Counted from the first letter of the stretch, positions 25,420 to 34,889 are shown. The stretch is 64,000 bases of DNA from a virus (IMGVR_UViG_3300032093_000109:1314-65313); one strand, 5' to 3'. Numbers and translations are program-made. Notes: a model not told the origin generated them from the sequence alone.

Positions 25420-25635
25420 ATGAGCAACACAAACACAGGTGGGCGAGCATTTCCAGCACCCACCACAAAGCCACTGGAGAACTACTACCCCGGCATGACC
25501 CTGCGCGACTACTTTGCGGCCAAGGCGATGCAAGCGCTCATGACTGCTGGGTACTGGAATTGGAAGGAACCCAAAGAAGATTCTGATAGATGTTACGCAA
25601 TGGCAGACGCCATGCTGAAAGCGAGGGAAGCATGA
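25420..25635 (+). CDS. conserved small phage protein
   Basis: GG.AFP...GMTLRDYFAAKAMQ...Y.MADAML. Confidence 0.75.
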   Translation: MSNTNTGGRAFPAPTTKPLENYYPGMTLRDYFAAKAMQALMTAGYWNWKEPKEDSDRCYAMADAMLKAREA

Positions 25636-25835
25636 CCTCAAGAGAACAATTTGAACTCGACCACTTCGGCATCAGCCCCGGCAAGGTGGGCAAGCGGACA
25701 CCTGCGTTTTGGATTCATCAAGCCCCATCAGCTTGGCGCAAGACCATGAAGTACTGGGCGGCACTGGCCCTTGGCATCGTCCTTGGCGCTGTGGGTGCTG
25801 GTGTGCTGGCTGTTGTTGTGGGGGTGGTTAGATGA
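25632..25835 (+). CDS. small membrane protein
   Basis: C-terminal TM segment; ATGA overlaps. Confidence 0.55.
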   Translation: MTSREQFELDHFGISPGKVGKRTPAFWIHQAPSAWRKTMKYWAALALGIVLGAVGAGVLAVVVGVVR

Positions 25836-26254
25836 GCAAACAAACCGAAGCAATGAAGCGATGGGTTGAGGTTTTCGATGGTAATTGGCACGATGAACCT
25901 GTCGATTCGGAATGGGCAGACAGAGCACATCAAGCCCTTGCCGAGATGCGCCAAGCCATCGCAGAGGCAGAGCAGCCAGCACAAACGTGTAGCCGCCACG
26001 CCGAAGCCGAACGACTGGCTGATCAGTTGGAAGACCCGGTGAACGCAAAACTGTACCTAGCCCCCTACATTGCCGCCGAACTGCGCCGCTTGGTGTCGTT
26101 CAACAACGACCTGATGGACGAAGTGGCACGGCTACAAAAGCGTGAGTGGGTGGGTTTGAACTGGGATGAACTGCCGGACACGCACTTTGGCGACGCTGCG
26201 TTCTTAAAGGGCGCTCAGTGGGCAGAAGCCAAGATCAAGGAGAAGAACACATGA
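25832..26254 (+). CDS. hypothetical protein with REWVGL...EAKIKEKNT module
   Basis: ORF track; ends in the junction repeat. Confidence 0.65.
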   Translation: MSKQTEAMKRWVEVFDGNWHDEPVDSEWADRAHQALAEMRQAIAEAEQPAQTCSRHAEAERLADQLEDPVNAKLYLAPYIAAELRRLVSFNNDLMDEVARLQKREWVGLNWDELPDTHFGDAAFLKGAQWAEAKIKEKNT

Positions 26255-27227
26255 CGCTTCCCGGACTCATTGATGCGGTCGAGTTTCGACGCGACAGCTA
26301 CGGCCTGACGCAAGGTGAGTGGGCCTTTGTGCTTGGCATCCAGCCTAGTCATTACAGTGAATTTGTCAACAGCAAACGCGCCCTGCCTATTGGTGCAATG
26401 GCCAAGTGCTTCGAGTACGGAGTCCCGGCTGAGTGCCTGTTTCAGTGCCTACCGAACAAAACCATCAGGCACATCAAAGCCAAACTCAAGGAGAAGAACA
26501 CATGACAGCAATAACACGTAAACAATTCGCAGAGGACGTGTTTGCGATACTAAAACAATGCGTTGCTGAAGAATACGAAGATGCTACCGAACAGGAGCGT
26601 GAGCAAGCGATGGCAAGAATACTGGACGCTTGGGGCGCACAAATGTTTATGGGTTCAAAGGAGAAGAACACATGAAAGACCTCACAGAAAAAATTCGTGT
26701 CCGCATCATGCAGGAAGCATACGACCTCGCAGACCGCAACGATAGCGAAGGCTACAACTCGGTCAAGGTGATGTGTAGTGATGTTTTGACGCTTTTGCCG
26801 CGACGGGAGTGGGTGGGGCTGACGGATGCGGAATATCAGGAGATACTTATAAAGCATGACGGTAGTGGATTGATTTTGTTTTACCACTTGATTGAAGCCA
26901 AACTCAAGGAGAAGAACCATGGATGACGGAATGTTTGACGATGTTCCACTGATGAACAAGGCGCGAGACAAGGCGTGGGAAGCTTTTACCAAGCGCAAGA
27001 ACGCCGCCACCCTGTTCACCGATGACAAAGACTTTGAGTTCCCGCTCAACGGTGGGTTCTACGCCATGTGGTGCGTATGCTGGGCCAAGGCGTGGGATGC
27101 TGGGTTTAAGTCGGGCTATGAGGCCAAGGAAAAAGAATGATCAACCGCTTCATCACATGGTTGCGCCGTGATGATCAGCTACTTGAGCCACTGCGCAGAG
27201 AGATTCAACAGAAGGAGAAGAACATGG
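26225..27227 (+). repeat. gene-junction repeats (GCCAAACT)CAAGGAGAAGAAC(AC)ATG
   Basis: Copies at 26236-26254, 26487-26505, 26658-26675, 26897-26921 and 27212-27226. Confidence 0.9.
26251..26505 (+). CDS. XRE-type HTH protein
   Basis: RRDSYGLTQGEWAFVLGI..SHYSE..N.KR.L. Confidence 0.7.
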   Translation: MTLPGLIDAVEFRRDSYGLTQGEWAFVLGIQPSHYSEFVNSKRALPIGAMAKCFEYGVPAECLFQCLPNKTIRHIKAKLKEKNT

Positions 27228-27322
27228 AATGGGACGACTTGCAAACCATCTGCCTGTACATCATCTACATCACGATCATCATGGGCTGTGGCCTACTGGT
27301 CGCCTTCTGGATCATGGCATGA
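26502..27322 (+). CDS. four small cassette-like genes (26502-26675, 26672-26926, 26919-27140, 27137-27322)
   Basis: Each starts within a junction repeat or an ATGA overlap. Confidence 0.6.
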
Positions 27323-27720
27323 GAGTCAAGTACGTCAGCAAGAACACGGCGCTCAACCCTGTGGCCCGTGCGATGGCGCAGAAGAAGCTGGCTGATGACC
27401 TGACCACCCGCAAGATCAGGTTGTACATGATGCAAGATGGTGAGCCGTGCGCTGACCTGCTGGAGAACTTGGCCGTGATGTTAGCAACCATTGGTGTAGC
27501 CTCCGAGCTTGACCCTGACGTTGGCGGTGAGGATGTAGGTGTACGCATCCTGCGCGGTGGTATGTCCGCATGCCAAGCCCTGATCAAGACCGACAAGTGG
27601 GACTCTACTCAAGCTGTATCTATTGAACGTGCGCTGGACGAGGCCCAGCTACTGAACAAACGAGTGCACCCTGTGTATATTGCACGGGCCAACTCCATGA
27701 GAAATGAGGTAATGAAATGA
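27319..27720 (+). CDS. hypothetical phage protein
   Basis: ATGA-coupled; NPVARAMA...RILRGG.SA. Confidence 0.65.
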   Translation: MRVKYVSKNTALNPVARAMAQKKLADDLTTRKIRLYMMQDGEPCADLLENLAVMLATIGVASELDPDVGGEDVGVRILRGGMSACQALIKTDKWDSTQAVSIERALDEAQLLNKRVHPVYIARANSMRNEVMK

Positions 27721-28325
27721 GATACGAACAAGCCAAACCACTGGTCGAAAAGCTGATGGACATAGCCGTGCTGTACCACGGAGCGCCGAGCATGCTGCGC
27801 GAGAAGGTGTACAACGCACTGGACGAGTTCCTGCCCACCCTTGATGAAGGTTGCCGTGAGCGTGGGTGTATTGCAATAGACGACTTCAAGGAGAAGCCAT
27901 GAAAATAGATGAACGAATCTGGCCTCTGCCCAACGCTTTCAACATCCGTGAGGGCAGTCCGTTTGGTAAGAGCGACAAGATGATTAAGGACCAAGAGCAA
28001 TCCCTCAAGGCATCCAAGGCGGGGCAAGCCCATCGAGCCAAAACCGTAGACACTCGCTTCAAACACAAAGGAAAGTAAATGAACGAACATGAACTGGACC
28101 TACTCGTAGCAGACCTGCAATATGAAAACAGACAACTCCGCAACCAAAGAGACAACGCAATCGAAGAAGCAATCCACTTGCGCCATACCCTTGAACACAT
28201 CTACGCCAAGTGTGTTCTGGCCATTCGAAAGGGTGAACCCGAAAATACTGGAGGCGATGCACCGAGCCACGCTGACAAAGCGGCGTACTGATCACCTAGC
28301 CGACCTCGGAGAAGCTACGCTATGA
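27717..28325 (+). CDS. small hypothetical genes (27717-27902, 27899-28078, 28079-28291 and overlapping 28122-28325)
   Basis: Coupled start/stop junctions. Confidence 0.5.
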
Positions 28326-28600
28326 GCCACAAACCTCGGAAAATAATGGCCGTAGAAATGCGAGCCCTTGGCATGACATACAGAAAAATTGGGGAAAACC
28401 TCGACGTGTCACCAACCCGTGCACAACAGCTTGTTATTGCGGGTAAGCGTGTGTTTGCGCGGCGCTTGCAGGCAGAAGCGAGGGCGTACGAAGAAAGATG
28501 CAACGACGGTCATTTCAAAACGTATGAACTACAAATGCTACTGCCCCTGCTCGGCTTCTTGAAGGAGATAGCCGATGGTCCAACAACAGATTCAAAATAA
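28322..28600 (+). CDS. sigma70-region-4-like HTH protein
   Basis: MR..GMTYRKIG..LDVS.TRA.QL. Confidence 0.65.
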   Translation: MSHKPRKIMAVEMRALGMTYRKIGENLDVSPTRAQQLVIAGKRVFARRLQAEARAYEERCNDGHFKTYELQMLLPLLGFLKEIADGPTTDSK

Positions 28601-28612
28601 AGGAGCACTGAT

Positions 28613-28834
28613 ATGAGCAACGAACAAAACGCGCTGGACGTACAAGTCGGCGGCGATCACTACAAGAAGCTGAAGATTCAGCCCATCGAGTACATCCACG
28701 CCAACCAGCTTCCATACTGCGAAGCCAACGTGGTCAAGTACATCAGCCGCTGGCGCGACAAGGGCGGCATCAAAGATTTAGAGAAGGTCAAGCACTACGT
28801 CGACCTGCTCATCGAACTCGAACACCTCAAATAA
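28613..28834 (+). CDS. DUF3310 (SaV-like) protein
   Basis: QVGGDHY...IQPIEYI...NVVKYISRW..KGG..DLEK..HY. Confidence 0.85.
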   Translation: MSNEQNALDVQVGGDHYKKLKIQPIEYIHANQLPYCEANVVKYISRWRDKGGIKDLEKVKHYVDLLIELEHLK

Positions 28835-28842
28835 ACAGTACC

Positions 28843-28983
28843 CCAACACCCTATGATGGCCGACTGCGCGAAGCCTTGCAGATGTAAACCGCAGTCGTGT
28901 GTGCGCGGGGTGTTGGATTTTTTGTACGCGCACACAATCCAATAACACGAAACGAGGGGGCGTGTAATCTGCATAACCCCCTC
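28843..28983 (+). ncRNA. unidentified multi-pseudoknot structured RNA
   Basis: Five perfect 7-10 bp helices in a ~170-nt intergenic gap (see findings); strand inferred from the operon. Confidence 0.65.
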
Positions 28984-29003
28984 ACCCAATCTGAAAGATA
29001 CCA

Positions 29004-29315
29004 ATGGCAGCAACGCCTGAATCGAAAGTAAAGAAGCAAGTCGTCGAGATACTCAAGCACGAGCGTGTGTACTACTTCTACCCAGTCACGGGCGGCTTTG
29101 GACGCAGCGGTGTACCTGACATCGTCTGCTGCTTGAACGGGCGCTTCTTTGGTATAGAGTGCAAGGCGGGCACCAACAAGCCCACCGCACTACAAGAGGC
29201 CGAGATGGCCCGTATAAGACTCGCTGGCGGCAAGACGCTGGTGGTCAACGAAACAAACCTCAACGATGTAAAGGAGTTAGTAGCATGGATAAAGAAGCAG
29301 CCGCAAGAGAACTGA
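29004..29315 (+). CDS. VRR-NUC domain nuclease (resolvase-like)
   Basis: E..VK...GVPDI...IECKA....PT.LQ. Confidence 0.85.
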   Translation: MAATPESKVKKQVVEILKHERVYYFYPVTGGFGRSGVPDIVCCLNGRFFGIECKAGTNKPTALQEAEMARIRLAGGKTLVVNETNLNDVKELVAWIKKQPQEN

Positions 29316-29554
29316 TCGACAGCGTAGCATCGCTGCCCCACGGAGCCGCCGTACACGTGGCGCTTACCATACGGGAGTTGATACGCTGCGCTAATGATGG
29401 GCACTCGCTTGTATTGATACTTCAGGACAAAAGCGAAGTTGCTCAGATGCACGCCTTCGGCGACAAGGACGTGGTGTTCGAGCTCGTGTCCTGCGCATAC
29501 GAGACGGTGCTCAACGAGCAGATGCACAGCACACCAAGCGGGGTGATGCAATGA
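29285..29554 (+). CDS. hypothetical protein
   Basis: AAGGAG RBS; stop overlaps the polA start. Confidence 0.55.
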   Translation: MDKEAAARELIDSVASLPHGAAVHVALTIRELIRCANDGHSLVLILQDKSEVAQMHAFGDKDVVFELVSCAYETVLNEQMHSTPSGVMQ

Positions 29555-31578
29555 GCATGCCCTTTGATCGACTCATCGTGCTGGACTTCGAGACAGCATG
29601 GGGTCGTACCGCTAAGCTGGGCTTCTCGTGTCAGACAACCGAAGAATACCTCCGTGACCCACGCTTCAAAGCATGGGGCCTGTCATGGAAAGACATTGAC
29701 CTCAGCAACCCGCAGCTGTGGCAACCCGGCCAACCCATCAGGACTGGTGCTGTGTGGGTCAGGGGCTCAGGCATCAAAGCGTGGGGCGAGGACATTGACT
29801 GGAGCCGCACCGCAGTGGCATGCCAGAACACCCAGTTCGATGGCGCTATCCTGTCTTGGGTCTACGGCATCCGCCCTGCCTTCTTGTTCGATACCCTGTC
29901 GATGGCACGCGCACTGTACGGCATCGAAGCAGGCAACAGCCTGAAGAAACTCGCCGAGCGCTTTGAGCTGCCACCCAAGGGCGATGGGCTTGCGTCCTCC
30001 GAGAACATTCTGGACGCGCTGCCCTTTGTGATTGAGCAGGAGTTGGCCGAGTACTGCAAGCACGACACGTGGTTGTGTGAACAGATTCTGCTGCGCATGC
30101 TGCCCGGATACCCCGCCAGTGAGCTGCGCCTGATCGACATGACGCTTCGCATGTTCACAATACCTGAGCTGGAGCTCGATGCCAACATGCTCACGCAAGC
30201 ACTGCTTGAGGAGAAGCTTAACCGTGGGGCGTTGCTCAACCGCCTGAAAATCACGGACTCGGTGCTGGCATCCAACGATCTGTTTGCCGAGGCACTGCGC
30301 CAGCTGGGCATCGAGCCCCCGACCAAGAAAAAAAAGCCCACGGCCAAAACGCCCAAGCCTGTCGGTGTGAACTTTGCCTTCGCCAAGACCGATGCGATGT
30401 TCCAAGCCATGCTCAACGGTGACAACGAGGACGTGGCCCTGCTGTGTGAGGCGCGTCTGAAGGTCAAGTCCACATCCGAGCGCACCCGTGCGCAACGCTT
30501 TCTGGACATCAGCAACCGAGGCACGCTGCCTGTGCCGCTCTCATACTACGGCGCGAAGTCGGGGCGCTGGACCGCAGCCAAGGGCTCGGCCATCAACATG
30601 CAGAACTTAAAGCGCGGGTCCTTCCTGCGCAAGGCCATCATGGCCCCCAAGGGTAAGGTGCTGGTGGTGGGTGACTTGAGCCAGATCGAACCGCGTGTGT
30701 TGGCATGGCTCTCGGACTACGACGAGATGCTGGCGATCTTCCGCGCTGGCGGTGACCCGTACGCTGCGTTCGGTGCGCAGATGTTTAACCTGCCCGGTAT
30801 GACCAAGGACTCGCACCCAGTGCAGCGACAGTCAGCCAAGTCAGCGCTGCTTGGTGCAGGCTACGGTCTGGGTTGGGCATCGTTCGCTGCTCAGTTGTTG
30901 GTGGGCTTCCTCGGGGCTCCGCCCTTGCGCTACACAAAGGCCGACGCCAAGCAGCTGGGTATCACAGGCCGGCATGTGCACAGCTTCTTGGAGAACAAGC
31001 ACCACATGGAGAAGATGTTTGAGATCGCCCACATCTGCACGGACGAGGAGCTACTCATTCACTGCGTAACAGCCAAGGCCATCATCGACAAGTACCGCGC
31101 CACAGCGCAGCCTGTTGTAGGTCTGTGGAACCTGTGCGGTGAGCTCATCGAGCACAGCCTGTACAACGGCAACGAGTACACGCACAAGTGCCTGACCTTC
31201 CGCAAGGAGGAGATCGTGCTGCCCAACGGCATGAGCATCATCTACGACGGGCTAAAGCCCAGCAAGGACGAGGAAGGCAGATTGCAGTGGACATACGGCG
31301 CAGACGATGATAAGCTGTACCCCGGAAAAGTCGTGAACAACATCACACAGGGGACGGCCCGTATTGTGATGACCGATGGCATGTTGCGGGTAGATAAACG
31401 CTACCCTTGCAAGGGAACGGTGCACGACGAACTCTTGGCTTTGGCTCTTGAAGAACACTCTCAGGAGGCACTGTCGTGGGTGATCGCGCAGATGACGAAG
31501 GAGCCGAAGTACATGCCGGGTATCCCGCTGGCAGCAGACGGTGGTGTGCACCGCAGGTACGGGCTTGCAAAGAATTGA
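29551..31578 (+). CDS. polA: DNA polymerase family A with 3'-5' exonuclease
   Basis: ExoI LDFET; motif A DLSQIEPR; motif B RQSAKSALLGAGYG; motif C VHDE. Confidence 0.95.
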   Translation: MSMPFDRLIVLDFETAWGRTAKLGFSCQTTEEYLRDPRFKAWGLSWKDIDLSNPQLWQPGQPIRTGAVWVRGSGIKAWGEDIDWSRTAVACQNTQFDGAILSWVYGIRPAFLFDTLSMARALYGIEAGNSLKKLAERFELPPKGDGLASSENILDALPFVIEQELAEYCKHDTWLCEQILLRMLPGYPASELRLIDMTLRMFTIPELELDANMLTQALLEEKLNRGALLNRLKITDSVLASNDLFAEALRQLGIEPPTKKKKPTAKTPKPVGVNFAFAKTDAMFQAMLNGDNEDVALLCEARLKVKSTSERTRAQRFLDISNRGTLPVPLSYYGAKSGRWTAAKGSAINMQNLKRGSFLRKAIMAPKGKVLVVGDLSQIEPRVLAWLSDYDEMLAIFRAGGDPYAAFGAQMFNLPGMTKDSHPVQRQSAKSALLGAGYGLGWASFAAQLLVGFLGAPPLRYTKADAKQLGITGRHVHSFLENKHHMEKMFEIAHICTDEELLIHCVTAKAIIDKYRATAQPVVGLWNLCGELIEHSLYNGNEYTHKCLTFRKEEIVLPNGMSIIYDGLKPSKDEEGRLQWTYGADDDKLYPGKVVNNITQGTARIVMTDGMLRVDKRYPCKGTVHDELLALALEEHSQEALSWVIAQMTKEPKYMPGIPLAADGGVHRRYGLAKN

Positions 31579-31598
31579 TTTTTATAAGGAGAAAGCAC

Positions 31599-31904
31599 AT
31601 GAACAAAATACCAAGCCGCCTCATGGTTGGACCCAAGTGGTTCACCGTGGAGCACCCCAAAATTATGTACAAGTACGGGTGCATGGGGTCTGTACGCTAC
31701 GACATCCGCGTGATCAACGTAGCCAGTCACAGCAGCCGCACAGGCAAGCGCTTCACCCCAGCGCAGCAGGAGAACACGTTTTGGCACGAGCTGACGCACG
31801 CTATCTTGAACGACATGGGCAGCCCCTTGTGCGAAGACGAGCGCTTCGTCACCCTATTCGCTGACCGATTAACCAAAGCCATCCGCACTGCGAGATTCAA
31901 ATGA
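31599..31904 (+). CDS. small HExxH metallopeptidase-like protein
   Basis: TFWHELTHAIL...E.FV. Confidence 0.7.
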   Translation: MNKIPSRLMVGPKWFTVEHPKIMYKYGCMGSVRYDIRVINVASHSSRTGKRFTPAQQENTFWHELTHAILNDMGSPLCEDERFVTLFADRLTKAIRTARFK

Positions 31905-32569
31905 CCAAACCGATTGCATGGAGCCACACAGCCCTCAAAGATTACGAGGGTTGCCCACGTAGGTACCACGAGGTTCGGGTGCTCAAGAAGTACCCCTTCC
32001 AAGAGACCGAGGCTACACGCTACGGCAACGACTTGCACAAGGCCATTGAGCTCTACATCCAGAACCAAACGCCGATTGACGAGAAGTACGCGTTCGTGCA
32101 GCCAGTGGTTGATGCGCTGCTCAAGAAGCCCGGACGCAAGATGGCCGAGCAGAAGATGGCCGTGACCGTGGACCTCAAGCCCTGCGATTGGTTTGCCAAA
32201 GACGCATGGGCACGAGGCATCGCCGACTTGCTCATCATCGACGACGAGAACATGACAGCGTGGGTGGCTGATTGGAAGACGGGCAACAACAAGTACCCTG
32301 ACCGCGATCAGCTGCGCTTGATGTCGCTGCTGGTGTTCGCGCATCACCCACACATCCGCAAGGTCAACTCAGCGCTGATCTTTGTGGTCAAGGACGACAT
32401 GGTCAAGGCCAAGATGGAGGTCGAGGAGTTCTCAACGGGCTGGCAGCAGTACCGTGAGCGCGTGGCCAAGATCGAAGCGTCGCTGGCCAACGGCGTATGG
32501 CATCCCAAACAAACCCCGCTCTGCGGCTGGTGCCCCTGCACCGGATGCGAGCACAACCCCAAGCACTAA
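31901..32569 (+). CDS. Cas4-like PD-(D/E)XK exonuclease
   Basis: WS.T.L..Y..CP, G..LH, DWKTG, QL..., C.WC..C. Confidence 0.85.
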   Translation: MTKPIAWSHTALKDYEGCPRRYHEVRVLKKYPFQETEATRYGNDLHKAIELYIQNQTPIDEKYAFVQPVVDALLKKPGRKMAEQKMAVTVDLKPCDWFAKDAWARGIADLLIIDDENMTAWVADWKTGNNKYPDRDQLRLMSLLVFAHHPHIRKVNSALIFVVKDDMVKAKMEVEEFSTGWQQYRERVAKIEASLANGVWHPKQTPLCGWCPCTGCEHNPKH

Positions 32570-32579
32570 GGAGTGTGTG

Positions 32580-32819
32580 ATGGCAAGCAAACCCAGAGAC
32601 TACAAGCAAGAGTACACCGAGTTCCACGGCAAGCCCGAGCAGGTCAAGAAGCGTGCACAGCGCGTCAAGGCACGCCGCATGCTGGAGAAGGAAGGCGCGG
32701 TCACCAAAGGCGACGGCAAAGATGTTGACCACATCACGCCGCTCAAGAAGAACGGCACAACAGCGCGAAGCAACTTGCGCGTGCGAAGCGTCAAGGCCAA
32801 CCGAGGCGACAAAACGTAA
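32580..32819 (+). CDS. small HNH endonuclease
   Basis: RDYK.EY...GDGKDVDH..PL..GT...NLR.....NR. Confidence 0.8.
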   Translation: MASKPRDYKQEYTEFHGKPEQVKKRAQRVKARRMLEKEGAVTKGDGKDVDHITPLKKNGTTARSNLRVRSVKANRGDKT

Positions 32820-32824
32820 GCACC

Positions 32825-34387
32825 ATGCAGATCATCGAGAATAAAGCACTTCTAATAAATACACGCACACCGGACAAGTACAACATCATCCCCAAGAGAC
32901 AGGTCGTCTTTGAGTCAGACGAAGGGACCTCTATTCTCATCAAGTGGGGTCTGGACGAAGTCCGTGTGCTGCGCAACTTGGGTGTACGCAAAGCCCCCTC
33001 GCCCATCATCGGTCGCTACAACTGGCCCGGTAAATACCAGCCGATGGAGCACCAGATAGAAACGTCGGCGTTCCTTACGCTACACCGCAGAGCCTTTTGC
33101 TTCAACGACCCCGGCACAGGCAAGACGATGAGCGCACTGTGGGCAGCGGACTACCTGATGAAGATCGGTGAGGTTCGCCGGGTTCTCATCCTGTGTCCTC
33201 TGTCGATCATGCACAGCGCGTGGCTTGCCGATATTGGGCAAAGCGTTCTGCACCGCAGCGCCATCATCGCTCACCACAGCAAAGCCACTCGGCGCATCGA
33301 GATGATCCAAGGTGACTACGAGTTCGTGATCGTCAACTACGACGGCCTGAACCTGATTGCCGATGAGGTCAACAACGATGGGCGCTTTGATCTGGTGATT
33401 GTCGATGAGGCCAACGCCTACAAGACCGTGAGCACCAACCGCTGGAAGACACTCTCAAAGATCATTCAGCCGCACACCTACCTATGGATGATGACGGGCA
33501 CCCCTGCATCGCAGTCGCCTGTGGATGCGTATGGCTTGGCCAAGTTGGTCTCGCCCGATCGGGTGCCTAAGTTCTTCACGGCATGGCGCGACAAGGTGAT
33601 GAACAAAGTCACGGCGTTCAAGTGGGCACCCAAGGCCACGGCCAAAGACCAAGTGCACGATGCGTTGCAGCCCTCCATACGCTTCACCAAAGCGCAGTGC
33701 TTGGACCTGCCACCCGTCATCACAGAGACCCGCGAGGTCGAGATGTCGCCGCAGCAGAAGAAGTACTACAACCTGCTCAAAGAACGCATGATGGTGCAGG
33801 CCGCAGGCGAGACGATCAGCGCAGTCAACGCAGCCGCAGAGGTCAGCAAGCTGCTGCAAATCAGCGCAGGCGCTGCCTACACGGATGACCATGAGGTGGT
33901 GGAGTTCGACGCATCGCCCCGCACCCGTGTGCTGCTGGAGGTGCTGGAGGAGACCGAGCGCAAGGTCATTGTGTTCGCCCTGTTCCGCTCGTCCATCAGT
34001 ACCATCGTTGCCTTCCTCGACAAGCAGGGCATCAAGAACGAGCAGATTCATGGCGATGTCACCCCGAACAAGCGCGGCGATATCATCAAGCGCTTCCAGA
34101 CGGAGCCTGAGCCGAGGGTGCTGGTCATGCAGCCACAAGCGACTGCCCACGGGATTACCCTAACAGCAGCCGACACGGTGGTGTTCTATGGCCCGCTCAT
34201 GAGCGTGGAGCAGTACACACAGGCCATCGCACGTGCGGATCGCAAGGGGCAGGACTCTGACAAGGTGCGGGTCATCCACATCCAGAGCAGCCCCATCGAG
34301 CAGAAGATGTTCAAAGCGCTGGGCAGTAAGGTGAGCGACAACCACCTGCTGACCGAGATGTTCAAAAGCGAAATCGGAAAAAATTGA
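32825..34387 (+). CDS. SNF2-family helicase
   Basis: PGTGKT, VIVDEA, MTGTP, HGITLT, QA.AR..R.GQ. Confidence 0.9.
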   Translation: MQIIENKALLINTRTPDKYNIIPKRQVVFESDEGTSILIKWGLDEVRVLRNLGVRKAPSPIIGRYNWPGKYQPMEHQIETSAFLTLHRRAFCFNDPGTGKTMSALWAADYLMKIGEVRRVLILCPLSIMHSAWLADIGQSVLHRSAIIAHHSKATRRIEMIQGDYEFVIVNYDGLNLIADEVNNDGRFDLVIVDEANAYKTVSTNRWKTLSKIIQPHTYLWMMTGTPASQSPVDAYGLAKLVSPDRVPKFFTAWRDKVMNKVTAFKWAPKATAKDQVHDALQPSIRFTKAQCLDLPPVITETREVEMSPQQKKYYNLLKERMMVQAAGETISAVNAAAEVSKLLQISAGAAYTDDHEVVEFDASPRTRVLLEVLEETERKVIVFALFRSSISTIVAFLDKQGIKNEQIHGDVTPNKRGDIIKRFQTEPEPRVLVMQPQATAHGITLTAADTVVFYGPLMSVEQYTQAIARADRKGQDSDKVRVIHIQSSPIEQKMFKALGSKVSDNHLLTEMFKSEIGKN

Positions 34388-34393
34388 AAGGAG

Positions 34394-34437
34394 TTGCACA
34401 AGTCCGAAAACACGTTATACTTGTCAAACAATGGACA
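34394..34437 (+). promoter_or_regulatory. promoter with operator-like motif B, copy 3
   Basis: TTGCAC-16-TATACT immediately followed by TGTCAAACAATGGACA (34422-34437). Confidence 0.65.
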
Positions 34438-34454
34438 ACAACAAAGGAGCTCAA

Positions 34455-34874
34455 ATGGAAGATAGCACTCAAGTACAAGAGCCAGTATCAATGGATAAGC
34501 TGGTTCGTATTTACCGCAAGATGCGGGACAAGCTGCAGGAGCTTGACCGCGAGTACACCACCAAGATGGAAGAGATCAAGGTGCAGCAGGACGAAGTGAA
34601 GAACGCGATCAAGGAGCAGATGCAAGCGCTTGGCTCCAAGTCGGTCAGCACCCCCAGCGGCACAGCGATCTTGTCCAAGAAGGTGCGTTACTCAACGCAA
34701 GACTGGGACTCATTCAAACAGTTCATGGTCGATCACAACGCGCTGGACCTGTTGGAAAAGCGTATCGCACAAACGAACATGGCGCAGTTTCTCGAAGAGA
34801 ACCCCAAGCTCGTTCCACCCGGCTTGAACTCGGATGCGTTCTACGACGTGTCTGTGCGCAAGCCAACCAAGTAA
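34455..34874 (+). CDS. conserved coiled-coil replication-module protein
   Basis: LV..Y.K.RD...T..GT...DW..F...LLEKRI.Q...PPGL; start after AAGGAG. Confidence 0.7.
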   Translation: MEDSTQVQEPVSMDKLVRIYRKMRDKLQELDREYTTKMEEIKVQQDEVKNAIKEQMQALGSKSVSTPSGTAILSKKVRYSTQDWDSFKQFMVDHNALDLLEKRIAQTNMAQFLEENPKLVPPGLNSDAFYDVSVRKPTK

Positions 34875-34889
34875 CTCAGGAGCAATACC

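Noticed and set aside
28851-28955. Hammerhead ribozyme (CTATGA...CGAAAC)
   Set aside because: No CUGANGA core, and the helices do not flank GAAA in hammerhead geometry
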